Assembly (NCBI GenBank): GCA_049965555.1
Contig: JBMFWF010000001.1
Coordinates: 64,001-128,000 of the forward strand
Direction of reading: 5' to 3'
DNA length: 64,000 nt
DNA from: Candidatus Parvarchaeum sp.
Lineage (GTDB): Archaea > Nanobdellota > Nanobdellia > Parvarchaeales > Parvarchaeaceae
The stretch's first letter is position 1, and each line of letters begins with the position of its first letter. Under the pieces are notes generated by a model. It saw nothing but the letters and a program-made list of their open reading frames with translations. It made no database searches and was not told where the DNA came from. The translations under genes were made by a program, and so were the position numbers. Shown here in pieces: positions 9,977-21,713 of the stretch.

Positions 9977-10537
9977 ATGGGCTTGGAGAAAATAGCAGAA
10001 CACATAGAGAAAGAGACTGATACTAAGGTCAAGAAAATCATTATAGAAGCACAGACCAGGGCAAATCAATCAGCAGAGGAAACAGATAAGAAAGTCAAAG
10101 AGATATTAAAAGAAGCAGAAGAAAAGACAAAGGCACTCGTAGCTGAAAAAGAAGAAATTGAAAAAGCTAAGATAAATGTTGAAAAGAACCAAATCATAAA
10201 AAGGGCAGTGAGCAGCGCTTTCAAGGAAAGCATTAACAACCTTTATTCTTCGCAGGAAAAATTCAGCAAAACCGAAGAATACGAAAAATTGATGAACATA
10301 CTCATAAAGGAGGCTAAAAAAAGAATAGGAGAAGATGCCGTCCTTTTTATGAATAAAGAGGATTTGCATACTTTCGGCAAAAAGGAAAAGAATGCCAAGC
10401 CAACGAAAAAAAAGATGTTTGGAGTCTACGCAGAAAGCCCTGACGGCAAGTTCTCCATTGATTTGTCTTTGGATAAAGCCATACAGTCCTTAGAAGAAAA
10501 GATTGCAAAAAAAGTAATTGAAAACTTGGAGAAATAA
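9977..10537 (+). CDS. atpE: A/V-type ATP synthase subunit E
   Basis: MGLEKI start, coiled coil plus globular C-terminus; operon position. Confidence 0.88.
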   Translation: MGLEKIAEHIEKETDTKVKKIIIEAQTRANQSAEETDKKVKEILKEAEEKTKALVAEKEEIEKAKINVEKNQIIKRAVSSAFKESINNLYSSQEKFSKTEEYEKLMNILIKEAKKRIGEDAVLFMNKEDLHTFGKKEKNAKPTKKKMFGVYAESPDGKFSIDLSLDKAIQSLEEKIAKKVIENLEK

Positions 10538-10538
10538 A

Positions 10539-11579
10539 ATGGATTCTACATATGCTGGCGCATACGGACACGTTAAGGCGCTTTACCTTAATCTTTTAAA
10601 AAAAGACGAGATAGACAGGATAAAGGAAACGAAGAAAGACGAGTTCATGAATGTGCTTTCTTCTACGTCTTACAAAAATGAAATAGATCAGTTTTATAAT
10701 CGTTTCAAGGAGCCAGACATAATAGATATTATTGTAAATACTCACTTTTTGAATAACTGCAACTCTGCTATGGGGGTCCTTCCAAGCATTGGAAAACCAT
10801 TGATAAGAAGTTATCTTTCAAAGATAGATATACAGAACATAAAACTTATCCTTGCAGCAAAGCTTATAGGAAAGAATGTAGAAATGACTGAGAACATTTT
10901 GACCATAGGAAGAAGCTTTCCATTAGGATTATCAAGTCCCTTGATAAGCAAAGAAGAGTACAGAAACATAATAGAGCAAAAGGATATAGTTGAAGTAATA
11001 AATTACCTTACAAGATACCCTTATGGGAGGGTATTGCTTCCCTTTTCAGTTTCTGCCGAATTAAGCAGAGACGTTTCCGGAATGTCATTGGCGCTTGACA
11101 TTGAGTATTACAATGACCTCCTTAGAAACTTCAAGTTCTACAATGGAAATGAAGGCCCTGTGCTTAGATTCATACAAGGATTGATAGATTTAAGGAACAT
11201 AATAACAGTGATCAAAGAGATAGAACTTAAGAAGCCTGCAAAAGAACTTTTAATAAAAGGCGGTTCAATAAGTACTGATAAATTAAATGATATGACAAAG
11301 ATGAATATAGAAGACTTTATAAAAGATTTGCCTTATGACTTAAATGATGCCTTGCAACTTTACAAACAGGACGGGCTCATAGCAAACTTCGAGGTAGAGC
11401 TAAAGAGGATCGTTCACGATAAGTACCTGCCAATATTCAGGGCAAACTCTCTTTCGATAGCTTCTACGCTTTCATTCATAATAAGCGCAGAAATAGAAAG
11501 GGATACTATAAGACTCAGCTGGTTTAAAAAATATTATAACATAGAAAAGAAAGTAGTTGATATAGGGTATGGAATTTAA
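10539..11579 (+). CDS. atpC: A/V-type ATP synthase subunit C (d)
   Basis: DIQNIKLIL, IDLRNI, EIERDTIR motifs; ATG start at 10539. Confidence 0.9.
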   Translation: MDSTYAGAYGHVKALYLNLLKKDEIDRIKETKKDEFMNVLSSTSYKNEIDQFYNRFKEPDIIDIIVNTHFLNNCNSAMGVLPSIGKPLIRSYLSKIDIQNIKLILAAKLIGKNVEMTENILTIGRSFPLGLSSPLISKEEYRNIIEQKDIVEVINYLTRYPYGRVLLPFSVSAELSRDVSGMSLALDIEYYNDLLRNFKFYNGNEGPVLRFIQGLIDLRNIITVIKEIELKKPAKELLIKGGSISTDKLNDMTKMNIEDFIKDLPYDLNDALQLYKQDGLIANFEVELKRIVHDKYLPIFRANSLSIASTLSFIISAEIERDTIRLSWFKKYYNIEKKVVDIGYGI

Positions 11580-11892
11580 AAAAATAGTTTTCATAGGAGA
11601 CAGGAGAGATGCACTTGGATTGAAGCTTGCAGGCATAGACAATTCTATTAATTTGACTGGAAAAGAAGCGCTTAATGAAGTGATTAAATTAATAAAAAGC
11701 AAAGAGTATAACCTTATAATAACCGAAGAAAGTATAAAGGAATATGCGGACCAGAATGAGATTAGCATAATAAATTTAAGCGTCGATCCGTTAGTATTGC
11801 TTATACCTTCGCAGGAGGTAGAAGAAAATAAAGAATCGCTGGAAAGCCTGGCAAAGAGAGTATTGGGGGTGGATATAAATAAATTAAAATAA
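11569..11892 (+). CDS. atpF: A/V-type ATP synthase subunit F
   Basis: IVFIGD...GLKLAGI...KRVLGVDI. Confidence 0.93.
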   Translation: MEFKKIVFIGDRRDALGLKLAGIDNSINLTGKEALNEVIKLIKSKEYNLIITEESIKEYADQNEISIINLSVDPLVLLIPSQEVEENKESLESLAKRVLGVDINKLK

Positions 11893-11893
11893 A

Positions 11894-13645
11894 ATGGAAG
11901 GAAAAGTAATAGGAATATCTGGTTCTGTAGTAACTGTCTCCGGTCTTGAGGACCCGAAGATGAACAACATAGTATTCATAGGAGAGAACGAACTTGTTGG
12001 TGAGATAGTAAAGATAGAAGAGAAAAATGCAATAGTTCAGGTATATGAAGACACAAGCGGATTAAAGATAGGAGAAAAGGCGGTCGACAGCAGAGAGCCA
12101 CTGTCTGTTGAACTTGGCCCTGGATTGATAGGCTCGATATTTGACGGCATACAAAGGCCATTGGATAAAATCCTAAACAAAGAAGGTACTTTCATAAGCA
12201 GCGGAGTAAAGGTTAATTCGTTAGACAGAGAAAAGAAATGGCACTTCAAGCCAAAAGTGGAAGTAGGGAAGGAAGTTGAAGCAGGTGAAGAGATCGGAGA
12301 AGTCAAGGAAACCTCTCTTATAAAACATAAGGTTCTTGTTCCAGTAAATCAAAAAGGCATAATAAAGAAAATAGCAGAAGAAGGAGAATATACTGTAGAA
12401 GACACAATTGCCTGGTTGGAGAATGATAAGAAAACTGAAGAGATAAAGCTGATGACAAAATGGCCTGTAAGAACGGCAAGGCCTGTAAAAGAGAAACTTG
12501 CTCCTACCATACCTCTATTGACAGGTCAAAGAGTCATAGACACAATGTTTCCCGTTGCAATGGGGGGAACCGCAGCAGTCCCTGGGCCATTTGGATCCGG
12601 AAAAACTGTAATTCAGCACCAGCTTGCAAAATGGTCTGATGCGGATGTCATAGTATATGTAGGCTGCGGTGAAAGAGGAAATGAAATGACAGAGATTCTT
12701 ACAACCTTTCCAGAACTAAAAGATCCAAAAAGCGGGAAGCCATTAATGGATAGGACAATACTTATAGCAAATACCTCAAACATGCCTGTAGCAGCAAGAG
12801 AAGCGAGTATTTACACTGGAATAACGCTTGCGGAGTATTACAGAGATATGGGTTACAGCGTAGCAGTAATGGCCGACAGTACATCAAGATGGGCTGAAGC
12901 ATTAAGAGAGCTTTCCGGAAGGTTAGAGGAGATGCCGGGAGAGGAAGGTTATCCAGCTTATCTTGGTAGAAGAATAGGTGAATTCTATGAAAGAGCAGGC
13001 AGGGCAAGAATATTGAGTGGAAAAATAGGTGCGGCAACAATAATAGGGGCAGTTTCTCCGCCCGGTGGTGACATATCCGAGCCTGTCTCGCAGAATACCC
13101 TTAGAGTTACAAGAGTATTTTGGGCGCTGGATGCATCGCTCGCAAATGCAAGACATTTCCCATCAATAAACTGGCTCAACAGTTATTCTTTGTATACAGA
13201 TGAATTAGACCAATGGTACAGAAAGAACATTGCAGAGGACTGGCCTGAACTAAGGGATAAAGCAATGGCTACACTGCAGAAAGAAGCAGAGATAAATGAA
13301 ATTGTACAGCTTGTCGGTTACGATGCACTTCCAGAATCCGACAAACTTATACTTGACGTTGCAAGGATGCTTAGAGAGGACTACCTGCAGCAGAATGCTT
13401 TTGATGATGTAGACACTTATGCATCAGTAAGCAAACAGTACAAGATGCTTAAAATTATAAGTGAAGTATTCGACGCTGAGAAAGCTGCACTTGAAAGAAA
13501 CGTTCCAATTGAGAAACTGCAATCGATACAGATAAAACCGAAAATAGCAAGATTAAGGTATACCCCTGAAGAAGAAATTGATAATAAACTAAAAGAAATA
13601 GAAAAAGACATAGAAGCAATACAAAAAATAAGCGTGGAGAAGTAA
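11894..13645 (+). CDS. atpA: A/V-type ATP synthase subunit A
   Basis: [30 protein letters not shown]; no intein. Confidence 0.98.
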   Translation: MEGKVIGISGSVVTVSGLEDPKMNNIVFIGENELVGEIVKIEEKNAIVQVYEDTSGLKIGEKAVDSREPLSVELGPGLIGSIFDGIQRPLDKILNKEGTFISSGVKVNSLDREKKWHFKPKVEVGKEVEAGEEIGEVKETSLIKHKVLVPVNQKGIIKKIAEEGEYTVEDTIAWLENDKKTEEIKLMTKWPVRTARPVKEKLAPTIPLLTGQRVIDTMFPVAMGGTAAVPGPFGSGKTVIQHQLAKWSDADVIVYVGCGERGNEMTEILTTFPELKDPKSGKPLMDRTILIANTSNMPVAAREASIYTGITLAEYYRDMGYSVAVMADSTSRWAEALRELSGRLEEMPGEEGYPAYLGRRIGEFYERAGRARILSGKIGAATIIGAVSPPGGDISEPVSQNTLRVTRVFWALDASLANARHFPSINWLNSYSLYTDELDQWYRKNIAEDWPELRDKAMATLQKEAEINEIVQLVGYDALPESDKLILDVARMLREDYLQQNAFDDVDTYASVSKQYKMLKIISEVFDAEKAALERNVPIEKLQSIQIKPKIARLRYTPEEEIDNKLKEIEKDIEAIQKISVEK

Positions 13646-13646
13646 T

Positions 13647-15026
13647 ATGGAAGAAATAGAATACAAGACAATTGAAAGGGTAACGAACGTACTGCTCTTT
13701 GTCAAGGATGTGAAAAATGCAGCTTACAATGAGCAGGTTGAAATAGAACTTGAAAACGGCAAAAAAGTAAGTGGCCAGGTTCTTGCGACGAATGAAGACG
13801 TGACCATAGTACAGGTGTTCGGCGAAACCACCGGAATGAACACTCAAACTACAAAAGTCAGGTTTAAGGGAACTACTTTTAAAATGCCGGTAAGCATGGA
13901 CATGGTTGGCAGAGTATTCGATGGATTAGGCAGACCAAGAGACGGCGGCATACCAATCTTCAGCGATGAAAAGATGGACATAAACGGAAGCCCCATAAAT
14001 CCATATGCAAGAGAAGAACCTTCAGAATTCGTACAAACCGGGATATCTTCAATAGACTGTATGAATACTCTTGTAAGAGGCCAGAAGCTTCCAATATTCT
14101 CCGGCGCGGGTCTTGCACATAACAAGCTTGCTGCGCAGATAGTAAAGCAGGCAAAGATACTTGCAGAAAAACAAAACTTCTACGTTGTCTTCGGCGGAAT
14201 AGGAATAAATAGTGAAGATGCAAACTTTTTCATAAACGAATTCCAGAACAGCGGTGCACTTGACAGGTCGGTTATATTCCTAAATCTTGCTGCAGAGCCT
14301 TCAATGGAGAGGGTTATTCTTCCAAGACTTGCATTGACAGCTGCAGAATATTTGGCATATGAAAAAAACGCGCACGTAATTGTAATACTTACAGATATGA
14401 CAAATTATGCAGAAGCTCTTCGTGAGATATCTGCAGCTAGAGACGAAGTACCAGGAAGAAGAGGCTACCCAGGATACATGTACACTGATCTTGCAGGCCT
14501 TTTCGAAAGGGCAGGAAAGGTAAAAGGGAAGGAAGGCTCGGTAACTCAGCTGCCAATACTTACAATGCCGAGCGATGACATAACTCATCCGATTCCAGAC
14601 TTAACAGGCTACATTACAGAAGGACAGATAGTACTAAGCAGGGCTTTGGACAAAAGCGGGATCTATCCTGGAGTTGATGTGCTTCTTTCTCTGTCAAGGC
14701 TTATGAACCAAGGGATAGGAAAAGATTCCACAAGAGAAGACCACAGAAGCGTATCTGATCAATTGTATGCTGCGTATGCAAAAGGAAAAGAACTTAGAAG
14801 TTTAACAGAAATAGTAGGAGAAGACGCTTTAAGTAAAATCGATAAACAGTACCTGCATTTTGCTGAAGAATTTGAGAACAGATTCATAAGACAAGGATTC
14901 AATGAAGACAGAAGCATAAATGAAACCTTAGATCTTGGATGGGAACTTTTAAGCGGTATAGACAAGAGCGAGATGAAAAGGATAAAACCTGAATTAATAG
15001 AAAAATACGGCAAATGGAAACAATAA
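13647..15026 (+). CDS. atpB: A/V-type ATP synthase subunit B
   Basis: [39 protein letters not shown]. Confidence 0.98.
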   Translation: MEEIEYKTIERVTNVLLFVKDVKNAAYNEQVEIELENGKKVSGQVLATNEDVTIVQVFGETTGMNTQTTKVRFKGTTFKMPVSMDMVGRVFDGLGRPRDGGIPIFSDEKMDINGSPINPYAREEPSEFVQTGISSIDCMNTLVRGQKLPIFSGAGLAHNKLAAQIVKQAKILAEKQNFYVVFGGIGINSEDANFFINEFQNSGALDRSVIFLNLAAEPSMERVILPRLALTAAEYLAYEKNAHVIVILTDMTNYAEALREISAARDEVPGRRGYPGYMYTDLAGLFERAGKVKGKEGSVTQLPILTMPSDDITHPIPDLTGYITEGQIVLSRALDKSGIYPGVDVLLSLSRLMNQGIGKDSTREDHRSVSDQLYAAYAKGKELRSLTEIVGEDALSKIDKQYLHFAEEFENRFIRQGFNEDRSINETLDLGWELLSGIDKSEMKRIKPELIEKYGKWKQ

Positions 15027-15625
15027 GAGTAACTAGAAGGGAATTGATAGAAACAAAAAGAAAGATAAAGACTGCAAATAGAGGCTTACAGCTACTAAAA
15101 ATGAAAAGATCCTCTCTGATATTAGAATTTTTTGAGCTGGCAAAGCAGGTTCAGAGCATGAAAACAGATCTCAAAAAAACAATGGATAAAAGCAGAGAAA
15201 GCTTGGAGATAGCCGAGGCTTTAAGCGGCAGAATAACAATAGAGAGGGTAGCACAGGAACAAAGCGAAAAACTTGCCAGCCTTAAAGCAAGAAATGTTAT
15301 GGGCTTAGTTATACCAAACATAAACTTAAATGAAACTATTGACGTTCTCAGCAAAAGCGACAGCTTGACAATACCAACGCCTGTTTACGATGCAAAAAAC
15401 ATGTACTCTTCCTTCCTGTCAATGCTAATAGAAATCGCTGAAAAGGAGACTGCAATGCGGAATTTGCTAAATGAGATTTACAAATTAAACAGGAGGACAA
15501 ATTCAATAGAAAATGTCATAATACCTAGATGGGAAGCAAAGATAAAATACATAAAACAAAGCTTAGATGATATGGAAAGGGATAGATTAGTGTCTATAAA
15601 ATTCATAAAGAGGCTGCATAGTTAA
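15014..15625 (+). CDS. atpD: A/V-type ATP synthase subunit D
   Basis: TRREL...[25 protein letters not shown]. Confidence 0.95.
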   Translation: METIRVTRRELIETKRKIKTANRGLQLLKMKRSSLILEFFELAKQVQSMKTDLKKTMDKSRESLEIAEALSGRITIERVAQEQSEKLASLKARNVMGLVIPNINLNETIDVLSKSDSLTIPTPVYDAKNMYSSFLSMLIEIAEKETAMRNLLNEIYKLNRRTNSIENVIIPRWEAKIKYIKQSLDDMERDRLVSIKFIKRLHS

Positions 15626-15942
15626 TGGAATCGCTTGAAACTCTGCAAAGGATAAGGGAGATAGAAGAGGAGTCTACAAAGAAGATAGAACAGGCACAAG
15701 AGAAAGCTAAAAATTTGATAGAAGAAACGGAAAAGCAGAATGCTGAAAAAATAAAAAAAGCAGAAAAGGAAGCACGTGATATGATGAACAGTGCAATAGA
15801 AGAAGTCGAGAAAGAGACCGAAAAACTTAGAGAAGAAGCATTAAAAGAAGCAAATCAAAAGGCAGATACTATAAAACCGCTTGGTGAGAAAAAGATGCTT
15901 GATATATTTGAAGAAGTCTTAAAGGAGGAATTTAAAATATAA
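15625..15942 (+). CDS. atpH: A/V-type ATP synthase subunit H (G)
   Basis: Charged coiled coil (IREIEEE...AQEKA) between atpD and atpI. Confidence 0.8.
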   Translation: MESLETLQRIREIEEESTKKIEQAQEKAKNLIEETEKQNAEKIKKAEKEARDMMNSAIEEVEKETEKLREEALKEANQKADTIKPLGEKKMLDIFEEVLKEEFKI

Positions 15943-17873
15943 TGTTTCTGCCAAGTAAAATAGAAAAGATAAGATTGATATTGCCTAAAATTCATTATGA
16001 TAAGGCTATTACTTTACTTGGAGAGCTAGGATTCTTGCAGATAGAAGTACTGGAAAGCGAAAGCAAAAAAATTCTAAAGGATTTTAAGGAAATTGAATTT
16101 GACAAGATAAACAAGTATGGACAGAAAATAAGAAGCTTGGAGAGCAGCTTAATAAAGCAGAAATCATCAAACATCGAAATAAAAAGCCTACAGCAGGTTT
16201 TCCATGAGGCAGATAAAATAAAGATATATGAAGAGGTAAATGACATAAAAAAAGAGGAGGAAAAAATAAACGCAAATATTAAGGAAAGCGACTCCATAAT
16301 GAAAATTGTAAACCTGATGAAAGATTTTAAACATGATTTTAAGATATTGAGCGGCATAAGAGTTGAATCATTTCTGATGCAAAAAAGCAAGGATAACAAT
16401 AACTTTATCGCATTGGTCAGAAAAGAGGTCGAATGTGAATTTACAGAACTTCAAAATGCTTGCATATTTACAATAGAACGGCATAACAAAGAAAAGCTTG
16501 CAAATCTTGCGAACAAAGAAGGCATTAACCTTATAAAGATACCTGAAATGAGCGGCAAAGTTGAGGAGATAATAAGGAATCAACAAACTCTCAAAAAGAA
16601 AAATGAGGAAAGACTTTTTGAATTAAACAAAAGACTTGAAAAGATTTCTAAAAGGTACTATGGGATTGTGGCTAACCTTAAAGAATACTTGGAGATAGAG
16701 ATAAAGAAAACATCAATAATACCTAAAGTGGGCTCAACAGATTACATGACAGTAATCGAGGGATGGATAGAAAGCAAGAAGATAACAATATTAGATGAAA
16801 ATCTCAACAAATTAATTGGAGAACAGTTCATACTGGAAAAAATAAAAACTAAGGAAGAGCCTCCTACAAAGATGGAAAACCCTATATCCTTCAAGTTATA
16901 TGAGTTTTTCATAAAATTTTATTCAATACCAAAAAGCAGCGAGATTGATCCGACAATATTTTTTGGGATAGCTTTTCCAATATTCTTTGGATTGATGGTC
17001 GGAGATGCAGGCTACGGTGCGACTTTTCTGGTACTCAGCTTCTGGCTCATTCACAGGATAAAGCATCCTCCTAAAAAAAGCCACATACCTAGAAAACTTG
17101 CAAAATTTGTAAAGACAATAATAAGCAAAAACAGTTTGATGATGATAATGAAGGCTATAATACCTGGTTCTATAATAGCTGTTGCTCTAGGAATAATATT
17201 CAATGAATACTTCGGATTTTCCCTGCCTTATAAGCCGCTTTTCGACGTCACAAAGAGTGTATCCACATTGTTATTAATATCAGGCTGGATAGGCGTAGCA
17301 ATGGTGTCATTCGGCTTTGTACTCGGAGCGCTTAACGCTTTATACAATAAAAAAGTAAAGAAAGCGATCGGAAGAGTAGGCTGGCTCTTAGTCGCATGGG
17401 GAATTGTAATAGTCGGCCTGGCTGTCCTTCACAAGGAAAGCATAGGCTTTTCCAACTTGGAAGCAGTCGGCAGTTATGCTGCAATAATAATAGGGATTGT
17501 ATTAGTACTCAGATCAGAAGGAACACAGTCTTTAATGGAGATACCTTCAGTGATAAGCCATATACTGTCATACACTAGGCTTGTAGGCATATTGCTTGCT
17601 TCTGTCATACTAGCTCAAGTAATAAATTTGATATTCGTTTCTAGCTTAAGCAGCTCTATTCCATTTATAATTGGCGGAGTAATAATACTTGTATTTGGCC
17701 AACTTTTCAACATAGTAATAGCACTGTTTGAAGGCGGCATACAGGGAGCAAGGCTGATATATGTTGAGTTCTTTTCTAAGTTCTTTGAAGGCAATGGAAA
17801 CATGTTTAAGCCGTTTAAGATAGAAAGAAGAAACACGGCAAATGTCTACGTCAAAAACGCAAAGAAAGAATAA
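15942..17873 (+). CDS. atpI: A/V-type ATP synthase subunit I (a)
   Basis: EIDPT, FFGLMVGDAGYG, SHILSYTRL (essential Arg), RLIYVEFFSKF. Confidence 0.96.
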   Translation: MFLPSKIEKIRLILPKIHYDKAITLLGELGFLQIEVLESESKKILKDFKEIEFDKINKYGQKIRSLESSLIKQKSSNIEIKSLQQVFHEADKIKIYEEVNDIKKEEEKINANIKESDSIMKIVNLMKDFKHDFKILSGIRVESFLMQKSKDNNNFIALVRKEVECEFTELQNACIFTIERHNKEKLANLANKEGINLIKIPEMSGKVEEIIRNQQTLKKKNEERLFELNKRLEKISKRYYGIVANLKEYLEIEIKKTSIIPKVGSTDYMTVIEGWIESKKITILDENLNKLIGEQFILEKIKTKEEPPTKMENPISFKLYEFFIKFYSIPKSSEIDPTIFFGIAFPIFFGLMVGDAGYGATFLVLSFWLIHRIKHPPKKSHIPRKLAKFVKTIISKNSLMMIMKAIIPGSIIAVALGIIFNEYFGFSLPYKPLFDVTKSVSTLLLISGWIGVAMVSFGFVLGALNALYNKKVKKAIGRVGWLLVAWGIVIVGLAVLHKESIGFSNLEAVGSYAAIIIGIVLVLRSEGTQSLMEIPSVISHILSYTRLVGILLASVILAQVINLIFVSSLSSSIPFIIGGVIILVFGQLFNIVIALFEGGIQGARLIYVEFFSKFFEGNGNMFKPFKIERRNTANVYVKNAKKE

Positions 17874-17928
17874 ACAATATACAATTATATACGGTCTTTG
17901 CTGCTCTTTTTTATGATTGATAGAAAAT

Positions 17929-18001
17929 TAGCCCTGACCGGATTTGAACCGGTGTCTAGGGCTCCAAAGGCCCTCGTGCTTGGCCGCTACACTACAGGGC
18001 T
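17929..18001 (-). tRNA. tRNA-Gln(TTG)
   Basis: AGCCCTG/CAGGGCT acceptor stem; anticodon arm AGGGC-CTTTGGA-GCCCT; GGTTCAAATCC; CCA not encoded. Confidence 0.95.
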
Positions 18002-18064
18002 ATAACATAAGCTTATAAAAGCTTCAAATATAAAACTTAAATATACTGAAACATAGAGATTTAA

Positions 18065-19102
18065 ATGTTACTGGAGATATTGCTTTCGGCAGTAGTTGCA
18101 GCGATTGCTACTTTTATAAGCGGTAAGTTCATTATTCCTTTACTTATAAGAGCCGGACTAGTAGCACAAGATATAAACAAGGAGAAAAGGCCGATGCTTC
18201 CTTCAAGCGGAGGTTTTCTTTTAATTATAGGGCTTTTCGCCGGTGTAATGTCACTTATAGCAGCATACAACTATGTTATAAAGGCAAACTTAAATCCAGA
18301 GGCGCTTCTTCTCGGTCTATCATCGATAATAATAATCTCCCTTATAGGTTTTGTTGACGACCTATCAGGTGGAAAGATAAGGACTTCAATGGCAGACATA
18401 AAAAGAATGGCCAGAAATTATTCAATTTTTAATGGGGGGATAAGACAGTGGCAGAAGCCTCTGCTTACTCTGATAGGTGCAGTTCCATTGATGGTTCTAT
18501 TCTTTGGCAGTACCATTTATTTTCCAGGCATAGGAAACATCGTTATCAATCCTATAATATATATAGTAATTTTAATACCGCTAGGGGTAGTTTTTGCATC
18601 AAATGCTTACAACATGTTAGAGGGCCTCAATGGCATCGCAGTGCAGATGGGTCTAGTTCTGTTTGCAGCCTTTTCCATTCTTTCTTTTCATATACATAAT
18701 TATAATGGCTTTGCACTTTCTGTAATAATGTTTTCTGTGCTGCTTGGCTACTTATATTATGGAAAATATCCCGCAAAAATAATACCTGGAGACAGCCTTA
18801 CATACTTGATAGGAGGTGCTGTTGCGGTAGTTGCGATAATAGGAAATATGCAGCTGTTCGCCATATTCATAATGATACCTTGGATAATAGAATTTATCTT
18901 AAAGGCAAGAAAAAGATTCCACGCCAGTTCATGGGGCATAATCCACAAAGATGGAACATTATCTTCGCCTTATGGAAATAAAGTTTACTCGCTAACACAC
19001 CTCTTTTTAAGAAAAGAAAAATATAAAGAATGGCAGATAGCGCTGATGCTTACACTGATCGAAATATTAATATCTGCTGTGGGTCTTTTTATATTCTGGT
19101 AA
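18065..19102 (+). CDS. Glycosyltransferase family 4 (MraY/GPT-like UDP-GlcNAc:dolichol-phosphate GlcNAc-1-P transferase, AglH-like)
   Basis: GFVDD, NAYNMLEGLNG, PAKIIPGDS motifs; ~10 TM. Confidence 0.88.
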   Translation: MLLEILLSAVVAAIATFISGKFIIPLLIRAGLVAQDINKEKRPMLPSSGGFLLIIGLFAGVMSLIAAYNYVIKANLNPEALLLGLSSIIIISLIGFVDDLSGGKIRTSMADIKRMARNYSIFNGGIRQWQKPLLTLIGAVPLMVLFFGSTIYFPGIGNIVINPIIYIVILIPLGVVFASNAYNMLEGLNGIAVQMGLVLFAAFSILSFHIHNYNGFALSVIMFSVLLGYLYYGKYPAKIIPGDSLTYLIGGAVAVVAIIGNMQLFAIFIMIPWIIEFILKARKRFHASSWGIIHKDGTLSSPYGNKVYSLTHLFLRKEKYKEWQIALMLTLIEILISAVGLFIFW

Positions 19103-19146
19103 GAAATGCCGGAAAGGGTTAAATTTAAACAAAATCTAATTAAAAT

Positions 19147-19617
19147 ATGGAAATAATACCGATGGGCAACACGACAGTTCAGTATGAAGGAGTACTAGAT
19201 GACCAGAAGTTCTACAATTTTCTTAGAGATTTGCTAGTTTCAGCAGGTTATTCGGTAAAGGAAACAAACTATATCCAGTTTTCCGGTGCAAATTACGTCA
19301 TAAAGTGGGTAGCCATGAAAGTTATAGATGACTACATGGCTTATAGAATCACTGTAAACCTTGATTACAGAAATATACAAGAGACTATGGCTGTAAAAGA
19401 CGGCAAGCAGGTAAAGGCAAAGACCGGGACTGTACAGGTACAGCTGGTTTCAGATATACTTGTAGACTACCTTAATAAATGGACAAAAGGAGTTTCAAAA
19501 CTAGTCAGGCCAATATACGATAAAATGAATGAAGAGGTAGTTGAGCAGAGAAAGGCGGCATTCGAAAGCGATGTAGAGAGCATAAAATCTGCCATACAGT
19601 CCAACTTCAACCAGTGA
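19147..19617 (+). CDS. Hypothetical protein
   Basis: 156-aa ORF with normal codon usage, stop abutting the next gene. Confidence 0.75.
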   Translation: MEIIPMGNTTVQYEGVLDDQKFYNFLRDLLVSAGYSVKETNYIQFSGANYVIKWVAMKVIDDYMAYRITVNLDYRNIQETMAVKDGKQVKAKTGTVQVQLVSDILVDYLNKWTKGVSKLVRPIYDKMNEEVVEQRKAAFESDVESIKSAIQSNFNQ

Positions 19618-19619
19618 TC

Positions 19620-21383
19620 ATGCAAAGTTTAACATCATTGGATATATACAAATTACTCGAGGAAGTTAACTACCTAAACGGAGGATTCATAAGAAACATA
19701 AAAAGCAGGAGAAATGAATTTTACTTTCTAATTTATAAGGGAAAAGAATACTGGCTTAAGATAGTGCCTGGAAGTTATTTTTGCGTAGTTGATGAAAAAC
19801 CGGAAGACAGCATAGACTTCGGTTTTACACAAATTGTAAAAAACGCTCTTAAAGGAAAAAGATTTTCAATAAAGATGCACAACTCTGACAGGATACTGGA
19901 AATAGAAACTGATAGCAACAAACTGCTTATTGAAATGTTCTCCAAGGGCAATATCATACTATTAAAGGATGAAAAGATAGAAAGGGCGCTTTTCCAGCGA
20001 AAATTTGAAAGCAGGGAGATATCAAGCGGCGGGGAATATGTTTATCCTCCGGGGAATAAAAGGTCATTTAACGACATGTACGGCGGCTTTTATTCTATTT
20101 TGAAGTCATCTGACAGAGAAAGCATAGTAAAAAGCCTTGCAATGGATTTTTCAATGGGAGGATACTACGCTGAGGAAGCTTGTTTCCGTGCAAAGATAGA
20201 CAAATCTAAGAAACCACTTGATTTGACTCAGGATGAGGCTAAAGCATTAAGAGAAAAATTCCTAGAGATAGTTAAAGAGAAGAAACCAAATATAATTGAT
20301 AAAAAAATATTTTCCGCGATTGAACTGAAGCATATAGAAGGCCAGAAGGAATACTTTAGTAGCATAAACTCCGCGGTTATAAGCTTCTTTGAAAACCCTG
20401 TGGAGATAGAGAGAAAAAACCCTGTAAAAATAGAGCTTAACAAAGCAAAAGATAGACTTAAAGAATACGAAGAAGACATAGAATTCATAAATCAAAACTA
20501 TGAAAGAATAGAAAATGCAATAATGATTTTAAAGTCATCTGATAAAAGCATGGATGAAAGAGAAAAAGAGCTAGGTAGATTGGGTTTTATAATAAGTGGG
20601 AAGAACATAATTCCTAAAGAAAGGCAGAAACTAAACATAGATATAACCCAAAGCCTGAATTATAACCTGTCTAGTTTATATCAAAAGGCGAAGAGGCTTA
20701 AGAACATAGACGCCGAAGCAATAACTTCAAAGACAAAGATTATAAAAAGAATAAAAGTTAAGCAAGAAAACCAGTGGTATTCAAAGTTTAGACATTTTGT
20801 AACATCTAATGGTAGGTTGACTATAATAGGAAAGGATGTAAACCAAAATGAATCGCTAATAGAAAAACACGTGGAAAAAAATGATCTAATAGGCCATGCA
20901 GATGTTTTTGGCAGCCCATTTGGAGTCATAAAAGACAACGAGAACAAAGGAATAAACAGGAAGGACATGGAAGAAGCTGCTATAATGATAGCTTCTTATT
21001 CATCTGCATGGAGGGCAGGCGCAGCGAACCTTGATGTTTATTTTGTAAAGCCTGAGCAGGTCACAAAAACACCTCCCTCCGGCGAATACTTAAAGAAAGG
21101 TGCATTTTACATAGACGGAAAAAGAGACTACATCAGAAACGCCCAGCTTGGCGTTTACCTTTCTGTGGAGATAAAAGAAGAGCTGGCAGACCTAAAAGTT
21201 ACTCCATATGAGCCAAACGCAAACTTTTTCCTCATAAAACCTGGAAACAAAAAAAGAGATGAGATTGTAAGAAAGATAAACAGGGCCCTGTCACAGAAGT
21301 ATTCGGTCCAGATAAATGAAGATTACATAGACAGGCTTATACCTCAGGGGAAGTCTTCGATAGAGAAAATTAAACTTATCTGA
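19620..21383 (+). CDS. rqcH: NEMF/Rqc2/RqcH family ribosome quality-control protein
   Basis: NFACT-N (SDRIL, EMFSKGNIIL), H2TH (GGYYAEEAC), NFACT-R (GKD...NE, HADVFGSP, QVTKTPPSGEYL.KGAF). Confidence 0.92.
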   Translation: MQSLTSLDIYKLLEEVNYLNGGFIRNIKSRRNEFYFLIYKGKEYWLKIVPGSYFCVVDEKPEDSIDFGFTQIVKNALKGKRFSIKMHNSDRILEIETDSNKLLIEMFSKGNIILLKDEKIERALFQRKFESREISSGGEYVYPPGNKRSFNDMYGGFYSILKSSDRESIVKSLAMDFSMGGYYAEEACFRAKIDKSKKPLDLTQDEAKALREKFLEIVKEKKPNIIDKKIFSAIELKHIEGQKEYFSSINSAVISFFENPVEIERKNPVKIELNKAKDRLKEYEEDIEFINQNYERIENAIMILKSSDKSMDEREKELGRLGFIISGKNIIPKERQKLNIDITQSLNYNLSSLYQKAKRLKNIDAEAITSKTKIIKRIKVKQENQWYSKFRHFVTSNGRLTIIGKDVNQNESLIEKHVEKNDLIGHADVFGSPFGVIKDNENKGINRKDMEEAAIMIASYSSAWRAGAANLDVYFVKPEQVTKTPPSGEYLKKGAFYIDGKRDYIRNAQLGVYLSVEIKEELADLKVTPYEPNANFFLIKPGNKKRDEIVRKINRALSQKYSVQINEDYIDRLIPQGKSSIEKIKLI

Positions 21384-21602
21384 TCACTTTGACGAATGCT
21401 CTATTATGAACTCTTCTATAGCCTTGTTTTTCGCAAGTTTTGTTATAAAGCCTGCTATCTTATTCCTATTTCTTTTCTGAGCAGTTATAACCTTGTTCAA
21501 TGCTTCCTTGTTGCTTTCGAAATTGTCATTGAAAAGGTTTTTGTACCTCTTAAGTACCTCTATAGTTGCATTCCTTATTTCCTTGCCTCTTATCCTTCCC
21601 AT
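21384..21602 (-). CDS. rps17e: 30S ribosomal protein S17e
   Basis: MGRIR...F..NFE.NK...KR.RNKIAGFIT. Confidence 0.95.
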   Translation of the reverse strand: MGRIRGKEIRNATIEVLKRYKNLFNDNFESNKEALNKVITAQKRNRNKIAGFITKLAKNKAIEEFIIEHSSK

Positions 21603-21713
21603 ATTTGATTAAAGATGCTGACACTACTATTTAATATTATCTTTTTGACAAATTGTTTAACTTAGTTACAAAATCACAAATCCTTTTATAGTAATTTAAT
21701 TATTATATTTCAT

